A stretch of 64,000 nt of DNA from Ginglymostoma cirratum (GCA_024137785.1 JAHRHZ010000066.1:1410491-1474490); one strand, 5' to 3'; positions 1-14,420 are shown, numbered from the stretch's first letter. Numbers and translations: made by a program. The notes: generated by a model from the letters alone, not told the origin.

Positions 1-99
1 GTTTATTGTCTCAGTCGAGAAAATGTTCTCAACTCTCGAGACCAAAGCTTTAGCCCAGAATCTTCTGGCCCAGGAGTGCTCCAAAAGAGGCCGGCTTGA

Positions 100-1250
100 A
101 TGGGATACAAGGTGGAGCTATAGAAAGATTGGAATTATGAATTACACAGTTGTAGAAAGAAAATAGAGATATTAGCTAAAGAGTTTAAGGGCTGAAGGAT
201 TTAACAATTAGAAAGAATACAAAGAACAGGTTTAGCAACAGAAGGGTAGAAGCTGAAATAATAGGATGGAGTGATAAGAAACCAAACTATTTCTTTGTAG
301 CTATAAGTTCAAGGTGAACAAGAGAGTCATAGCAAGTTGGGCAGATTATTGTGGAGGGACGTGAACTTGGGAACTTCCATTTTGAAGCTGGACATGAGTC
401 CCAGACAAAACTGGGGAACAAAAACATAATTGTGAAAAAATGAGTTACCAATCCAGCAAAAGGATTTAAAAATAAAGTTTCATAACTGTGTTAATATTAG
501 AAAGAATGCCAAAGTACATGATGAATTGGGTAAGACTACTCTAGATGATCCGGATGTTGCAAAGACATATCAGTTTTCACAAAGGGAGCTAGACAATTTC
601 TAATCAGAGCAGTTATGTGATTTATAGCAAGGAAAGTAGTTAGTGGAGTATAAGTCGTAAAGAAACTGGACCAATTAAGTATCCACATGGGTCCTGACCA
701 CATAGGAAGCATCCTAAAATCTTCAAAGAACTGAAGGAGAAAATTAATGACAGTTTGGTTGATATTTTTCAGAGTGCCATAAATACTGAAGAAATCTCCC
801 AGGATTGTGGTGTCAGTTTTCAAAAAGCATGGACCTAATGATTAAAGGCCAGTTAGTCTAACATTTACAGTGGAAAAATTGTTTGAAGGCCTTCTGCAGC
901 AGGCATATATTAATTTTTAAAGAACTCAGCTCTTCAGGTAGCAGTTAACATGGTTTCAGAAGTAATAGTTCATGCCTCATAAGCCCTCTGGCAGAGAAAC
1001 TAAACTAGTCAGCTCAGAAAATCTAATAGATGCAGTTTGTTTGGATTTTCAAAGTGCATTTGACAAAGTTTGTCATGCAAGACTCATAACCAGGTTCAAC
1101 ACTTGTAGAATAGCTGATAGGTTGTCCAGATGAATTGAGAATTGACTTGATAAAAGAAGTCAGAGGATAATGGTGAAGGGAAGCATTTTGGTTTTAGGAA
1201 ATTTAATTGATGGCTCACCACAGGGATTACTCTGGAATGCCTCCTATTAA
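100..1250 (+). mobile_element. Old, heavily decayed CR1-type LINE ORF2 fragment(s)
   Basis: Degenerate RT-region words (ggtcctgac..catcctaaaatcttcaaagaa; gatgcagtttgtttggattttcaaagtgcatttgacaaagtt = D.V.LDFQSAFDKV) with many stops; boundaries approximate. Confidence 0.7.
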
Positions 1251-1904
1251 CAAGATTTGGGAATCACGTAAAGCAAGATTTCTGTCACTTTTTTTGCCTA
1301 GTCATGTTTGCACACCATGCTATAGACAGGTAACAAGTGAAAAAGGAATTGATTTATGAGCGGTATCAGTGCAGATGGATTATAATTTTGATAAATTTAG
1401 CACAGTATAAATAGGAGAAGGTAACAACACCTATCTGTACATTTATTAAAGGATCCTATTTTAAAGTAGAGAGCGGCATTGAACCGACTCTAAGGGCTGA
1501 TTTATCCCTTTGAGATTGGGAACAAAGGTTGAGACTGTTACTTGGTCCTGCCCCAGGGTGGAACTAGTAAATCATTGGAATTTTCGAAAGGGGACTTACA
1601 TTAGTTGTTTCGCAGTCAGGTTTAATGTCCAATAATGGGCAGAGGGTGGGTCCCTGTAGCTGGAGAGCAAAGTATAGACTTTAGAGCTTACAAGGAGCAA
1701 CAGGCCGTAAAGGAAGAAGAGGAAGAGTGAGAATGCTGGGTGAAGATACCCTCCCTCCAATCTTTAAAGCTTCTGTTAAAAAGGGGCTTTTGCAGCCACG
1801 CCACTGCTGTGGGTATTGTGGTCGGGAGAGGGTAAAGGGTTAGAAGGGGACTGCTAAAGGATGGCTCCTAGCTGCTGCTGCAACCAGGCAGGCTGGGAGG
1901 TCTC

Positions 1905-2375
1905 ACCAATTTTTATAGATGCAGGGTAGAAAGCATCCTGTCTGGATGCATCACAGCGAGGTTTGGCGACTGCTGTTCCAAAGACCACAAGAAACTACAG
2001 ACAGTCATGAATACATCCCAGTCCATCGCGGAAGCCAGCCTTCTACGTATTGACTTCTTCTATACTTCCCGTTGCCTCAAGAAAACAACCAACATATTCA
2101 AAGACTCCTCCCAACTGGGTTATACACTCTTGCGCCCTATTGCATCAGGCAAAAGATATAAAAGTTCGAATACATGTTCAAATAGATTCAGGAACAACTT
2201 CTTTCTTGCTGATCTGGCAGACTCTCTGCACCTTCTCTGTGGCTGTAACACTGTATTCTGCACTCTGTCCTGTCACCCTGCCACATTTTGTACGGTACAA
2301 TCTGCCTGTATAGCACGCAAAACAGTACCTTTCACTGTATCTCAGTACATGCAACAACAATAGATCAATCAACCC
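1905..2375 (+). mobile_element. 3' end of Rex1/Babar-like non-LTR retrotransposon
   Basis: Translates FYRCRVESILSGCITARFGDCCSKDHKKLQTVMNTSQSI..., resembling the C-terminal (DUF1891-type) region of Rex1/Babar RTs; ends in a caa/atca-type tail. Confidence 0.75.
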
Positions 2376-4689
2376 ATCAGTCTAACCCTGTCTGGAATGC
2401 TGGCCCCTTCCTAGCCTCCAAGTACCAAAGCTGGCCCCTGGTTGCCTGTTAGAATGTGTTAGCTTTCCTGCCTTGACCTCAAGTTCTTACTGAACCTAAT
2501 CAGCAAATTTAGCAGTCGGCAGGTAGCCAGAACCCAATTCTGCTTCTACAAAAATATTTAGTTGCTGCTCACTTCCATGTCCAAAATTCAACTCACTGCA
2601 AATCAGTTACTAACCAGGCAGGTCTGGAGTAAATCCAAATCAAAACTTGCACAGATATTACATGGATCAGCTGTAGAGAAGTCAACCATTGATCAAAAGA
2701 AGTGCCAATTGAGATGTTATCATGCAAGGTTCAACCAGGTAACATCATCCTGTTCATTCAGACATTCAGTTCTTTCTTGTAAAGTATTTTTAATGCGATG
2801 ATGCCCCAATCAGGCTAGAACTACTCACAACACAGTTTGACATTCTGTCAGTCTGTCTGTGTTGCCTTCTCCAAAATGAGCGCAACTAGTTTGAGGTGGT
2901 ATGGGTAAAAGGTGGATATAGCAGTCACTTTCTAATCGCTTCCTTCTCTTGGACATGCATGATGACAGAGAATGAACAGAAATTGTCTCAGGTATATTGT
3001 ACAATAGTTGGGACATGTAAAGCTTGGTTTTTAGCAGGAATGTGACCCCTCAGCAGGGGTGTCTGGTGAACAGGACAGACACCAGGCCAGTGCTATGAGC
3101 CTTGAGCTCATCAGAATTTCCAGGAGGATTTGAACAAATGCAGGGTGCCATTGCAAGCTCGCCCGTCTGATTTTATCAACTTGACATATTGCCATGGCAT
3201 TTTACAGGCAAAGCGGTAATACAGAGCAACGCATAGGTGTGGACAGGCCATACTGGAGTAAAATAGCAGAGAAGAATTTCCTCCTCAACCCATAATATCT
3301 TATGTTTACCAGTTAAATGGCTTGCAGCACATTCTGAATTATGCTGTTTGGCACTGACTTGAGGCTGTGTTGCTTTACCTGAAAATTTGAATAGAAAATT
3401 TAAGTCAGAGTTTAGTAAAATCAGTTTTCTTCACGTCTGTTTGAGAATTCCCCAGGGCTGTGTCTATTCTGGATAAACCTGATGGATTAGCTGGAATTTA
3501 TTGTCGCGCTGGTAAAATCTACAATCAACCCTTGGACTGCAGTGGCCAATATACTGTTATGCTTATGGCTACACGGAGCAGCAATTTGTATTAGACCAGT
3601 ACTTACTTCTATGTAATTGTTTTATTTCAGTGTCTATTTTCTTATTCATTTTGAGAGAGAATTTATACTGTACAAAAGTGCTTATGAGCACAAATATGCA
3701 GCTTCACAGTCTGCGGTCTCCCTTTCTGCAATTGAGTTGTGGCAAAAGATCAAAGTTGCTGAAGTGAGAAATAGTGCGATGTACACGGGTATCAGGGAGC
3801 CATGCAGTGTACCAGGGATATTCGGAGCAGTGTGTTGTAGCCAGGGCCTTGTGGAGCAGTGCAGTGTACACAGGAAATGCACGGCCATGCAGTGTATCAG
3901 AGGTCATGTAGAGCAAAGTCGATATAAAAAGAATCAGACTCAGGTTCAATGTTGTGGGTGTTTCATTTGCTAATAAAATCAATACAGTGAGTGTCACCAA
4001 CAGAAAGACTTAGACCAATTCTCCTACTTACATTAACTGTTTTCTAATCTAGTGCATTCGCAGAAAATGTTAATAGTGAGCTCCTGCTTGTAACCTGATT
4101 GGCCCACACTGGTCACATTGGCTGCTGTTACAGTAAAGGGTGTGGTTGTGTCAGTTGGTTCCAGATCCTCAGCTGAATTGCTGGGCTTATAGCAAGTGGA
4201 CAGAGTTTTCCCATCAGGGTTCCCTCTTTGGACAGACATCAACTGAAAATGTCAACACCTTGGTTCTGTACTGCACTGGACTGGAAACATCTCCATAGGA
4301 AAATGAAGCCGGATGTGGAGAAGGGTAATGACCAGAGCAATGAACTGAAGGATTTCCAGGTTCATTGCAAATTCGACAAAACTGAGGTGTGTCTAGTGTC
4401 AGAGACGATTCCAGGACAGTCCATTCAAGCTTATCCTCCCGGTAGGTACCAGAGTTGCTGGCATTGTTTGCAGATGGAGTAGACTGAATATTTGTGAGTT
4501 GTGTTCACAAACGTTGACATTCTAAGTTTAGTTCATACAAACAAATGCTCTGTATTTATTGGGCTTATAAAATGTCTCTCAGTCTTTGGTTTGGCTGTGG
4601 GAATCCTCTAGTAGCATCAGCTGTGTCGCATAGAATTTCAGCTCAGGTATTGGGTTTCGGTCTCACATCTTTATTCTGTACACATACAT

Positions 4690-4830
4690 TAAATTACAAC
4701 ATTTAAAAGACATCTGGATTTACAGGAATATGTACCAAATGCTGGCAAACGGTACTAGATTAATTTAGGATATCTCATCAGCATGGACAAGTTGGATAGA
4801 AGGATCTGTTTCTGTGCTGTACATCTCTAC
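4690..4830 (+). mobile_element. CR1 3' terminal fragment
   Basis: acatttaaaagacatctggat...agcatggacaagttggatagaaggatctgtttctgtgctgta resembles the 3' ends of the longer CR1 copies in this window. Confidence 0.65.
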
Positions 4831-5420
4831 ATCTGACTGCCGTTGTTCTTAGATGGTTCAGAGCTGACCGAGGACTTTAGAAGGAAACATTTGGATAAGT
4901 GTACCTCATGCCGGCTAGTGTGTGTTGGTGATGGAGCTAGAATCAGACTCTGTTGTAGACTTCCATTTGAAAAATGTTCAATGATGATTTCCCCAAATAA
5001 AAGACAATGAGAGGTCTCAAGGATGGTGAAGATCACAGAGGATGAGCATGAATGGGGTTAGGGGACAATGTTCAGTGTAGAGCTGAGTGCAGTGAGTAAG
5101 GAGACAGAGTTGTAAATTGGTTTTGATCTGGGACTCGGACTAAATGAGGGCACAAGAAAGTCTGACACAATTCAAAATATCAGGAAATATTGCTTTGCAC
5201 AGGTTATTTTTAGCAAAGATAACAGGTCAGTTACCAATTGGGCAGCGCCCTGACGTAACCAAGGGGAATTAGAACTGAAGCAACAAAATTCAGTCAGTTG
5301 GAACGAGAGTTTTAAATTTGGAATTCATCTCGATAACATTGTAACTCTCTGGAGCTCACCTTGTAACTGAGAGAAAAATAAAATCCTTTGGTTTGATTGG
5401 ACTAGTATTGCCAGTATAGA

Positions 5421-5462
5421 TGCTGCCAGACCTGCTGAGCTTTTCCAGCAACTTTGTTTTTG
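5421..5462 (+). mobile_element. Truncated Penelope-type terminus with 13-bp target-site duplication
   Basis: tgctgccagacctgctgagcttttccagcaactttgtttt flanked by TTGCCAGTATAGA at 5408-5420 and 5463-5475. Confidence 0.7.
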
Positions 5463-5781
5463 TTGCCAGTATAGAGTTTATATTGGGTTGTGGAGTGACA
5501 CACATTAGTTGTGTACACATATGTGAATTTAATTGTATATGTGCATATAAACATGTGGAAAGATCGGTGCACAATGGTTGTCAGCAGTCTCTTCATCTGT
5601 GACATACAGAGAGGTTGAATAGTGATAATTGCTGATTAAAGAGCTGAAATCAAAAGGGACACATGCTCCCAGGTTTTAATTTCCTGCAGCTTTTCAGCAA
5701 GAAGCAATTCTGATTCCTCCACACCTGTAAGAGACTGAGCTCCAGCCCATTTGAATGAACAGAACTCATTAAAATCTCAGG

Positions 5782-5923
5782 AAAAAGGGCTGTTGTGGTG
5801 CAGAGGTAGAGGCTCTGCCTCTGGACTTAAAGGCTTGGGTTCAAGTCCCACCTGCTCCAAAAGTGTGTAATAACATCTCTGAATAGGTTGATTAGGAAAA
5901 TAAGTTACATTTTAAAAATAATG
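5782..5923 (+). mobile_element. Short tRNA-derived SINE
   Basis: A-box-like TGGTGCAGAGG and B-box GGTTCAAGTCC; flanked by AAAATCTCAGG (5771-5781) and AAAATCCCAGG (5924-5934) as a probable TSD. Confidence 0.65.
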
Positions 5924-7459
5924 AAAATCCCAGGTAGCTGTGGAAAATCACAGGGTACAAAGGCCACCTTCTAACAACAGATGAGTGGTTCAGTCCCTTA
6001 TGACTGGGAATAGAACAAGATCATGGCCATAAAGGCCTAGGTTTTCAACGGAGAGCCACGTTGTACACGGCTGTTCTTCCTAGCCATACAAGTGAGGTTA
6101 AAAAAAATACATTCAAAGTTTACCTTTCTAGGCTTCTACTGGTCCCTGATCCATATTTTGTTAGGTTGGTCTCTCAGAGAGTTTAGGGCTGGTTTCTTGG
6201 TGAGTTTGAGACTGGTTTCTCTGCGCTACAAGTGGATTTGTCAATGAGTTTTAGAGTTTTAGAGTAATCTGCTTTTGTTTAATCGTTAGTGTTTAATTTT
6301 CAAAGGGCGATTTATTTGACCTCAGTGTGAATAGACTGATATCACAAGTGCAAATCTAGGCATTCTTTCATTAATTAATTATGATTTGAAATTTATTGAA
6401 TTTTGTTCAGAGTGCTGGGTCCTGCTGCAATTTGCCCAGTACTCCAGGAGCTGCTATCATATGACACACTTACAGAAAATTGGAACCATAGTAACATGCA
6501 CTAATCCAAAGAGAGATCTGCGTGTTACACTGTGTGAAATGGAGCATGAGTGGTGGTGAAATCTAAGAGTTAAGTTGGAGAAGTGTGTTCTTTATGCATT
6601 ATGCGTTGCTGATCATGGAGGCTCGGCCTTGGCCATCCCATTATAGCAAGGATCTTAATATTGGTTAGTGGGGGCAGGGGGAAGAGTGCAAGAGCAGGTA
6701 AAAAAAAAATTCCAGACCTTGGGATTCCAAGTGGTGAGGAAAGGCTGAACATATTGGGTTTATTTCGTCTGAAAATAAACAGATTTGAAGTGGCCTAATT
6801 GAAATGTCCACTTCCAAGGGAATTGCTAAAACGTGCATGAGCAAATTGCTCATTGTGTTAATGGGCTCAAATCACAAAGGAGTCCTAGTTAGAAATGAAG
6901 AGGAACAATACCTTCCAAAGGGTAATCCAATTGGGAATAAGTTATCAATGATGCTCACACTGACCCTACATAAAAATCATCATTGTGTTCCTTGTCCTAG
7001 AAAATTCCAGAAAAATCGAAGGCTGGTGTAGGCATTATCCCCTAACTTTTGCTGTTGGATTCTGGAAGCCAGGCGGCATGGACAAGTTGAGCTTAGGGGC
7101 CTGTTTCCTTGCTGTAAACCTCTATGACTCTATAACTCAAAGCTGCACAGAGCACAGATGATGGTCAGACCATAAGTGCAAAATATTTTCAGATCTTGTC
7201 CCTCTGTATTTGCACCTGCAGTTTTTTTGACATGTCTACCATTGCACTGAGATATAGTCTGTGCAAGTCACATGCAGGGTAGTTTTGCCTGATGGGTTTT
7301 CAGCTTTACCAGGTAACACCCTGTGACAGAGTATTGATACTAAATGCACTGCCAGGAATTGAATATTTGTTGAAGAGGGACACCTCCCAGATTGCCTGTT
7401 TTGGCTGATTTAATTCCTGTCAAACCACAGGGAAGATGGCATAGGGCTATAGGACAATC

Positions 7460-8810
7460 CACGTGGCTCTACTTTTCAAGAAGGGTGGTAGAGATAAGCC
7501 AAGGAATTCCAGACCAGTGACTGTCTCATCTTTGGTAGGGAAACTACTAGAGAAAATTGTGAAGAAAGGAATTAATCTCCACTTGGAGAGGCATGGTTTG
7601 AACAGGGATAGTCAATATGACTTTGCCTAACAAATTTGAATGAATTTTTCAAGGCGGTGATCAGATGTGTGGATGAGGTTGTGCAGTTGATATCATTTAT
7701 GTAGATTTCAACGAAGCTTTTGACAAGGTCCAACATGGGAGAATGACAAAGAAAGTAAAAGCACAGGGGTTCAGGGTCATTTGGGAAATTGGTTCCAATT
7801 GGCTTAGTGTCAGGAGATTTAGAGTGTGGAGGTAGAACGCTGTTTAGGTGACTAGAAGCTGGTGTGTAGTGGTGTACTACAGGGGTCAGAGCAATGTCCC
7901 TTATTATTTGTGATATTCATTTGCGATGACATGAAGATTGTCAGATGGTTGACAGTGAGCAAGAAAAATGTTCGGTTACAGGAGGATGTAAACAAATTGA
8001 TTGGATGGACAGGTCAATGGCAGAAGGAATTTAATCCTCAAAAGTGTGAGGTAATGCACTTTGGAAGAAGTAACAAGACAAGGGCGTACTCAATGCAGGA
8101 CTCTAGAAAGCTCAGAAGAACAGGGGGATCTTGATGTGCTTGTGCACAAATCCTTGAAGGTGGCTGGACATGTTATTAGGGTAGTGAAGAAGGCATACAG
8201 GACATGTTCCTTTATCAGTCATAGCATAGATTATGACATCAGGAGGTTGTGATGGAGCTGTACAGAACTTTGGTTAGTCCATAACTGTGCACATTTCTGG
8301 TCATTGCACTACAGGAAGGATGCAATTGTACTTGAGTGGGTGCAGATGAAGTTCACCAGGATGTTGCCTGGGATGGTGCAGCTTAGCTATGAAGAGGGGC
8401 TGGATTAGCTTGGATTATTTTCTTTGGAGCAGAGGAAGCTGAGAGGGGATCTGACTGAAGTGTATAAGATTACAAGGGACATGGGCAGGGTGAATCGAAA
8501 GCAACTGCTCCCTTTCGTTGAAAGAGAAATAATGAGGAGACACAATTTTAGGGAGAAAGGTGTAGAGGGGATTTGAGGAAATATTTTTCTCTCAGATTGA
8601 GGTGAGAGTTTGGAATGCACTGTCTGGGAGAGTAGTTGAGGCATGTAACCTCATGGCCTTTATAAAAGTACTTGGGATGAGCACTTGAAATGTCATAACA
8701 TTCAAGGCTCTGGGCTGAGTACTGGAAAGTAAAACTAGTGTAAATTTAGTTTTTTTCAGTGCAGACTCCATGGACTAAAGGGTATCCTCTGTACTTCAAT
8801 TCTATGATTT
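7460..8810 (+). mobile_element. 5'-truncated CR1 LINE (RT to 3' UTR), decayed
   Basis: Fragments DF.EAFDKV, WQKEFNPQKCEVMHFGRSNK, LRGDLTEVYKI; ttctatga-type tail; frameshifts. Confidence 0.9.
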
Positions 8811-10627
8811 GTTTCGTCATCGTTTCAGTGTAGAAATGTGTTGAGCTACACCTTGTTGGAAAAGTGAGCCCAGAGTTGTGTGGAGGGCTCAGGAGGACAT
8901 CTGGGACATTGAAGGCAAACATCAACAATTTCTCTCCTCAGCCATTGAAATTAAAGGATGGGGAAAGAAAGAGAGTTGATGGAGAGAAGAATAGAGTGAA
9001 TTGGTCAAATTAAGTATGGAAGGCGAAATAAAAGGAAGCAAAGTAAGATTGGAAGATCAGAAAGAGAAAAGTAGAGAAAAGAGAAAAGTGTTTTAAAATT
9101 TGAAATAGCCCCTGGAATAATTTCCTGCCTAGAGGAATGAGACCGCTTAGTTTCAGCTGCTTCCTTCTTTCAAAACTTGTGTGGCATTACAGGAATGTTA
9201 AACTCCTCATTAAAATGAGTCCTTGGGTCATTAGGTGCCAGGTTCAACTCTCTGCAGTGAGTTTAATTCCTTTTAATCATGAAACTACAGCAATTTCTTC
9301 CAAGGCATTGGGCAACTGACAGCTTCAGATTTTGTGACACTGACAACAACCAGCGTAAATTGAGCAACAGTTTACTACCATTTTTGCATGCCACAGAGTG
9401 CTTTTGTTAACACCTTGATGTTGCTTTCCCACCAAATTTGGTTCATTATGTCAACACCAGTTTGTTTTGGACACAGATCCGCTCTGCAATGCCTGGCTAG
9501 AATCCCAGCCCGATCCATAACAATCACTCAGCCATGTATCTCTCCTCTAATTTACGTCTCCATCCTCTCATCTGTGCTCCAAGAGCTCATTGAATCATGT
9601 TACGCTATGGTCTCCCAGCTGGCTGCTGCCCTTGGTACCTCAAGCAAGGGGCCATTCTGCCCATCTGAACCTTGTTAATGAGTGTTGCCAAGCAAATTTC
9701 TTGAAGATCATTACAGTTCTGTTCAATCCTCTCCTCTCTGAATAATTGCACTCAGCAGTGTCCAACAGTGATCAGGATCTATAATCCTAGTTAATTTTCC
9801 TCAATTCCATGGGCCAGTGCTCCCACCTTTGCTCTGTCTACCAGAGGCACTGAGGTCTCTGGCCTGACTGAGACTGCCTCAGTTTAGCACATGGCAAAGA
9901 TTGAAACTGAAGATTGATCACTGATCCCCAAGAACTGTATTTACTCCTTAATCTGTTTGCATGGTTGCTCAAGTCATCACATTTGAAATGAACAAAATTT
10001 CCAATAGTTTATTAGAACCAGTGGTTTGATCAGAGGCTGAATCGTCTACCCAGGACACCCAATCTCTCTCTGTTGTTCATGCTTCTGTTTACTTTTTTAA
10101 AGCTTTTTTTTTAACTATTTTGGGCAAGATGTTCAACCAAAGGAGCACGTGCAGGAATACCTGGAGGACATCTCTTATGATTAGGATTTCTGGAGGGAGA
10201 CTATCAGGAATGTGTACGTGGATCCATGGAGTATGAGTTTTTGGAGAGTACCATGAATAGAATTCCCTATTTATCAGTTCCTATATCTTCCTCCTTGCCA
10301 GCTCCCATGCATTTAGCCACTTGTCCTCTGCCCCTGTGGGTTTCTACATGTACTCCAACCAGTCACCATCAATGTATGATCCAACCAGACAGTATCCTTA
10401 TCTCCTCAACAGACCCTAGACACCCTCCCATTGGTTGACAGCAGCATTAGGGCAAACCTGGCCTTTAAAATCACACAAAAAAAACTTCTATGACACATTG
10501 TGTAGGAGAGAACAGTAGGGGAAGTCGTGGTGTTGCTCTGTTATGAATGGATTGTGTACATTCTAAGTAATACAGCTCACTATTGGAAGTAAAATTGATA
10601 GGATTGTTCCTATTTGCTTTATTTCAG

Positions 10628-10701
10628 CTGGCAGAACGACTACAAATGAGGAGCTTGAAGACATGCTGGAGAGTGGGAATCCCGCTATCTTCACATCTGG
10701 G
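10628..10701 (+). CDS. STX1A: Syntaxin-1A internal exon (74 nt; Habc-SNARE linker), equivalent to human exon 7
   Basis: tttcAG acceptor and GTgagt donor; encodes (T)[24 protein letters not shown]; GNPAIF.SG fits STX1A rather than STX1B (GKLAIFTDD). Confidence 0.95.
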
Positions 10702-10869
10702 GTGAGTACTTCCCTAACCTCCCTGACTCCCTGATGCTAAATCCCCAAGTGGAATCAGAACCATTACTCAGGACAATAACTACACTGCGCCCGTCAAACA
10801 GTGTACTATCAACAAAGGCATTAAGTCAAAAATACTGAACAGAGTGTCAAGCTTTACAAAGCCTTTTAA

Positions 10870-11250
10870 GCATCAGTTGGGCAATGTTCTTGCCTTTTAA
10901 TCAGAAGATTGTAAGTTGAAACCCTACTCACACAAGCTGCTAATCTGGGTTGATCCTTTAGTGTGAAGTCACTATGTTTGAAATGAGATGTAGAACCCTA
11001 GGCCCTCTCTGGAGTTTAAAGATCCCATGGCACTATGTCAAAAAGAGCACAGCTTTCTCTTGGTATCCAGTCCGATCTTATTCTCTGGGCCAAAAACAAA
11101 TAAACATGGTTGGTATTTTCCAGTGTGTAAACTAGCTGCCAAACTCACTATCACAGTGACAACACTGCAAAGACTATTCATTGGTTAAGAGCACACTGGG
11201 ACATCAGGGGAATATCCGTGAAGCTGTTACGTACACAGATGTCTATTCAT
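10870..11250 (+). mobile_element. Deu-domain SINE (SacSINE1/AmnSINE-like), decayed
   Basis: tRNA-like head followed by aaagatcccatggcactat..aaaagagcac..ttctcttggtatcc core and an L2-like tail; family call from recall. Confidence 0.6.
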
Positions 11251-12786
11251 TATATTGTTTCACTAAAGCAAGTTGCCATAACCTACACGCTGAACCTTAA
11301 AGTGTGGAGGCTGCTGTTGTAAAGTTCAGTGATTGCAGCACTTTGTGTTGAGCAAGGTCTCACAGGCTACAGTGAAATGAATGGCTATTTAGTTAGTTTT
11401 TGAAGATTGTTGAGAAAAAAATGTTGACCAGGTAACAAAGAAGAAACTTAATTTCCATTTACATAGTATCTTTCACATACTTAGGGGGCCCAAAAATACT
11501 CGACAATCAATTTATACACAGCAATGTTCCATAAACATCAATGGTTCATTTTGGAAGAAATAGCATAAGGAGGCCTAGATTAATATCCTGCACCTGCAAA
11601 TATTTTAGGATTTAAGGGACAGACTAATAAAGAACAGGTCTCTGTAGTAGTAATAACAAGATTACATCTGGTGCCACCTACCAGTCATTATAGAAATAAT
11701 TAAATAAGAGTGATCAGTGCATTTATGGTAGTTAGATGCATTAATAGATCAATGGTATAGCAAGGAAGAGTTCAAATTCCTTGGACATTACAACCATTTC
11801 TCAGCTATGTGTCTTCAAGGAGATGGACAGACATCACACTGATTGGTCTGAGACCTGGTGCTATTTAAAGTGACAGAGTAATTGTATTCTGATGTACTTT
11901 TTAAAATCATGGAATTACCAGGAATAAACGTGAGGATTATCTGTTCGATGTTAATAAAATAAACAACAATCAACAAAGACTTAGGCAGAGGAACATCCTT
12001 TTTGATCCTTAAATCTTTTTAAAAACCTGAAAACTTGATGGACGTAAACGTCCAAAACACAGTGGGCAAAGTTCTCCACCCATTGTTATGAGTCAAATTT
12101 AAAAATCTGGGAATTGCAGGTGGATATTAGGAATGGATAAGAAATTAGCTGAAAAGGTAATGCCAGCTTTTTGTTAACAGACTTGGGTCAGGTTTCCTTG
12201 GGTGGAATTTGAACTTGCTGAAAATCTATTCACTTGCTCAGAGTTTAAGTCAGGTCTAAAGCTCTTTCCATGCTTCAGAACTGCATTCTTCTTTGGATCA
12301 CATCTCTATTGAAGATGACAAAAGAGTGGTTTCACCTTGCAGTATTCATTCTGGCATCAATCTGTGGAAACATTGCCAAGAGACCTCCACCTTCAGCCTA
12401 TTCCTGAGTCTGACCCGTTCTAGCTTTTGGTGCTTTTACAGCACTTATTAAAATATTTCTTCTTTGTGCATAAACATGATTGAAGATGGGATTTCTCCCT
12501 AGTAAAGGAAGCTGAACTTCATCCAAAGTATCTGACTACACCTAGCCTTGAGTCTCAATTTGAAAGTTAGCTTGATAAAGGATTCCCAGAAGCTATTGAG
12601 CTGCAACCAACTGTAACATGATTCTCTTTGAATATGCAAGCATTGAATAGTGATAGCCTAATCAAATACATTAGTTTTAAAACATATCAGATTAAAAAAG
12701 ACAAATAACTAGCAATGCTTAGTGTGGGTTGTTAGCAAAGTTGAATGTTTCATCAGTTCACGATCAACAAAGTGTTGATGAATCTT

Positions 12787-12978
12787 GCAGCATCTGTGAA
12801 GAAAAATCAGAATTAACATTTCAGGTCCGATGGCCCTTCCTCACAACTCTGTCTCAGAACTCACCGGAACCAAAATGTTAACTGATTTCTCTTCAGAGAT
12901 GCTGCCAGACCTGCTGAGCTTTTCCAGAAACTTCTGTTTTTGTTTCTGATTTACAGTAACTGCAGTTCCTCCTGTTTT
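12787..12978. mobile_element. Palindromic Penelope-type insertion with 14-bp TSD
   Basis: Inverted arms (gcagcatctgtgaaga.../...tcttcagagatgctgc); TGTTGATGAATCTT 12773-12786 and TGTTAATGAATCTT 12979-12992. Confidence 0.75.
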
Positions 12979-14420
12979 TGTTAATGAATCTTTTTGGTTT
13001 GAAATATATTTAATTGCAGCATTACATTTTCTGAATGATGTCAGTTACCCTCAGTTGCCCTGAGGGTAGAGGAAGTGTCAGAAACTACAGGGCCTGTTTG
13101 GTCTCAAGTGGTAAAGGAAAGTTATTTACTGGTCTAACTACAACAGCTTCTTGTAGTTAACAAGGTACAGTTTATTGCCCTGTTGGCAGACCCATCAATT
13201 CAGCCTCCACTGAACTCACTTCTTCCTCTCTTGATTCTGTTTTCCTCCCCTCATCCAATCTCATCCCATTTATATCTTCTGATACTTTATGTTGGTTCCA
13301 CAATTTTTAGCTTCCTGGCCCAGACATGTCCTCTTTACCGTGGACATTTAATCTTTCTCATGTCCAACCCTCATCAGAATGGTCTGAAAAATTTATCAAT
13401 TCTGCTTCCAATTTCCATCCTTCTCTTACCTTCAGACTTAGAGAAAAACACACTGTTCATTCAGTGCCTCTGGGTCAAAATCCCAGTACTCCCTGTTGGC
13501 ACTGTCAGTGTTTCTACAACAAATGGACTACAGTGGTTCAAAAAGGAAGCTTACTGTCACCATCTCAAAGTCAGCAACTGTTGGCCTTCCATCCCAAGAA
13601 CAAATTTAAAAAATACAACAGTTTTACTGGTCCAAAAACCAAATGTGGATTCTGGATATCTGAAATAAACACAGCAAATGTGGATCACACTCAACAGGTC
13701 AGACAACTTCTGTAGAAAGAGAGAAAGAGTTCATATTTCAGATCAATGGCCTTTCATTTTAAAATTACCCTGTAATTTTACTGATGAAGGGCAGGGGTGG
13801 CCTTAGTGTAGGCGAAGTAGCTATTTTGTGTTTCTATATAACACCACACTACAAAGTAACTTATTGTATCTGTAGCACTTTGAGGTGTTTCTCACCTCCC
13901 TCAGGGTGGTTATTAATTGGGTTAAAATCCTAGTAGTCCCCATGATGCCCACATCCTACAAGTAAGTAAAAAAAGACTGAGGGAATAAATCCTGGACGAG
14001 CCAGTGACACCCACATTTCATGAATGAAGAAAAGTGGTGATACTTTAGGAAGCGATGTGTCAAGGTAATGCAAGAGTAATCATGTTGTCTTTAGAAACTG
14101 GAGAATTTTGGTGATCAAACTCCTCTAATGTAGACTTGACCAAAGCAATCGTAGGAGCAACTGTTGGATCTATTCCTGATGCATAAAAGAAACAGTAGGG
14201 CAAAGAGAGGGGAAGGTGCTTCGAGAAAATGATGATAAGGTGACCAAAACCTGTTGTCGTAGATGTAACGTTTTTAGTGAGTGTATGCTCAAGTATGCCA
14301 GGCTTTGTGTCCAAACTGCACACAATCCAGGTTGGAGATCTGTTCCAAGCTTTATTTTTACCTGATCAGCTTTAGAAATATGTCTTGATGTGGACTTACT
14401 AATCCTGTTTTCTCTCACAG

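Noticed and set aside
3770-3915. Repeated gcagtgta words and a 118-aa ORF
   Set aside because: Short decayed tandem repeat with no splice or homology support
1-10600. Upstream STX1A exons (e.g. HSTLSRKFVEVM...)
   Set aside because: Not found by eye on the + strand; presumably upstream of the window
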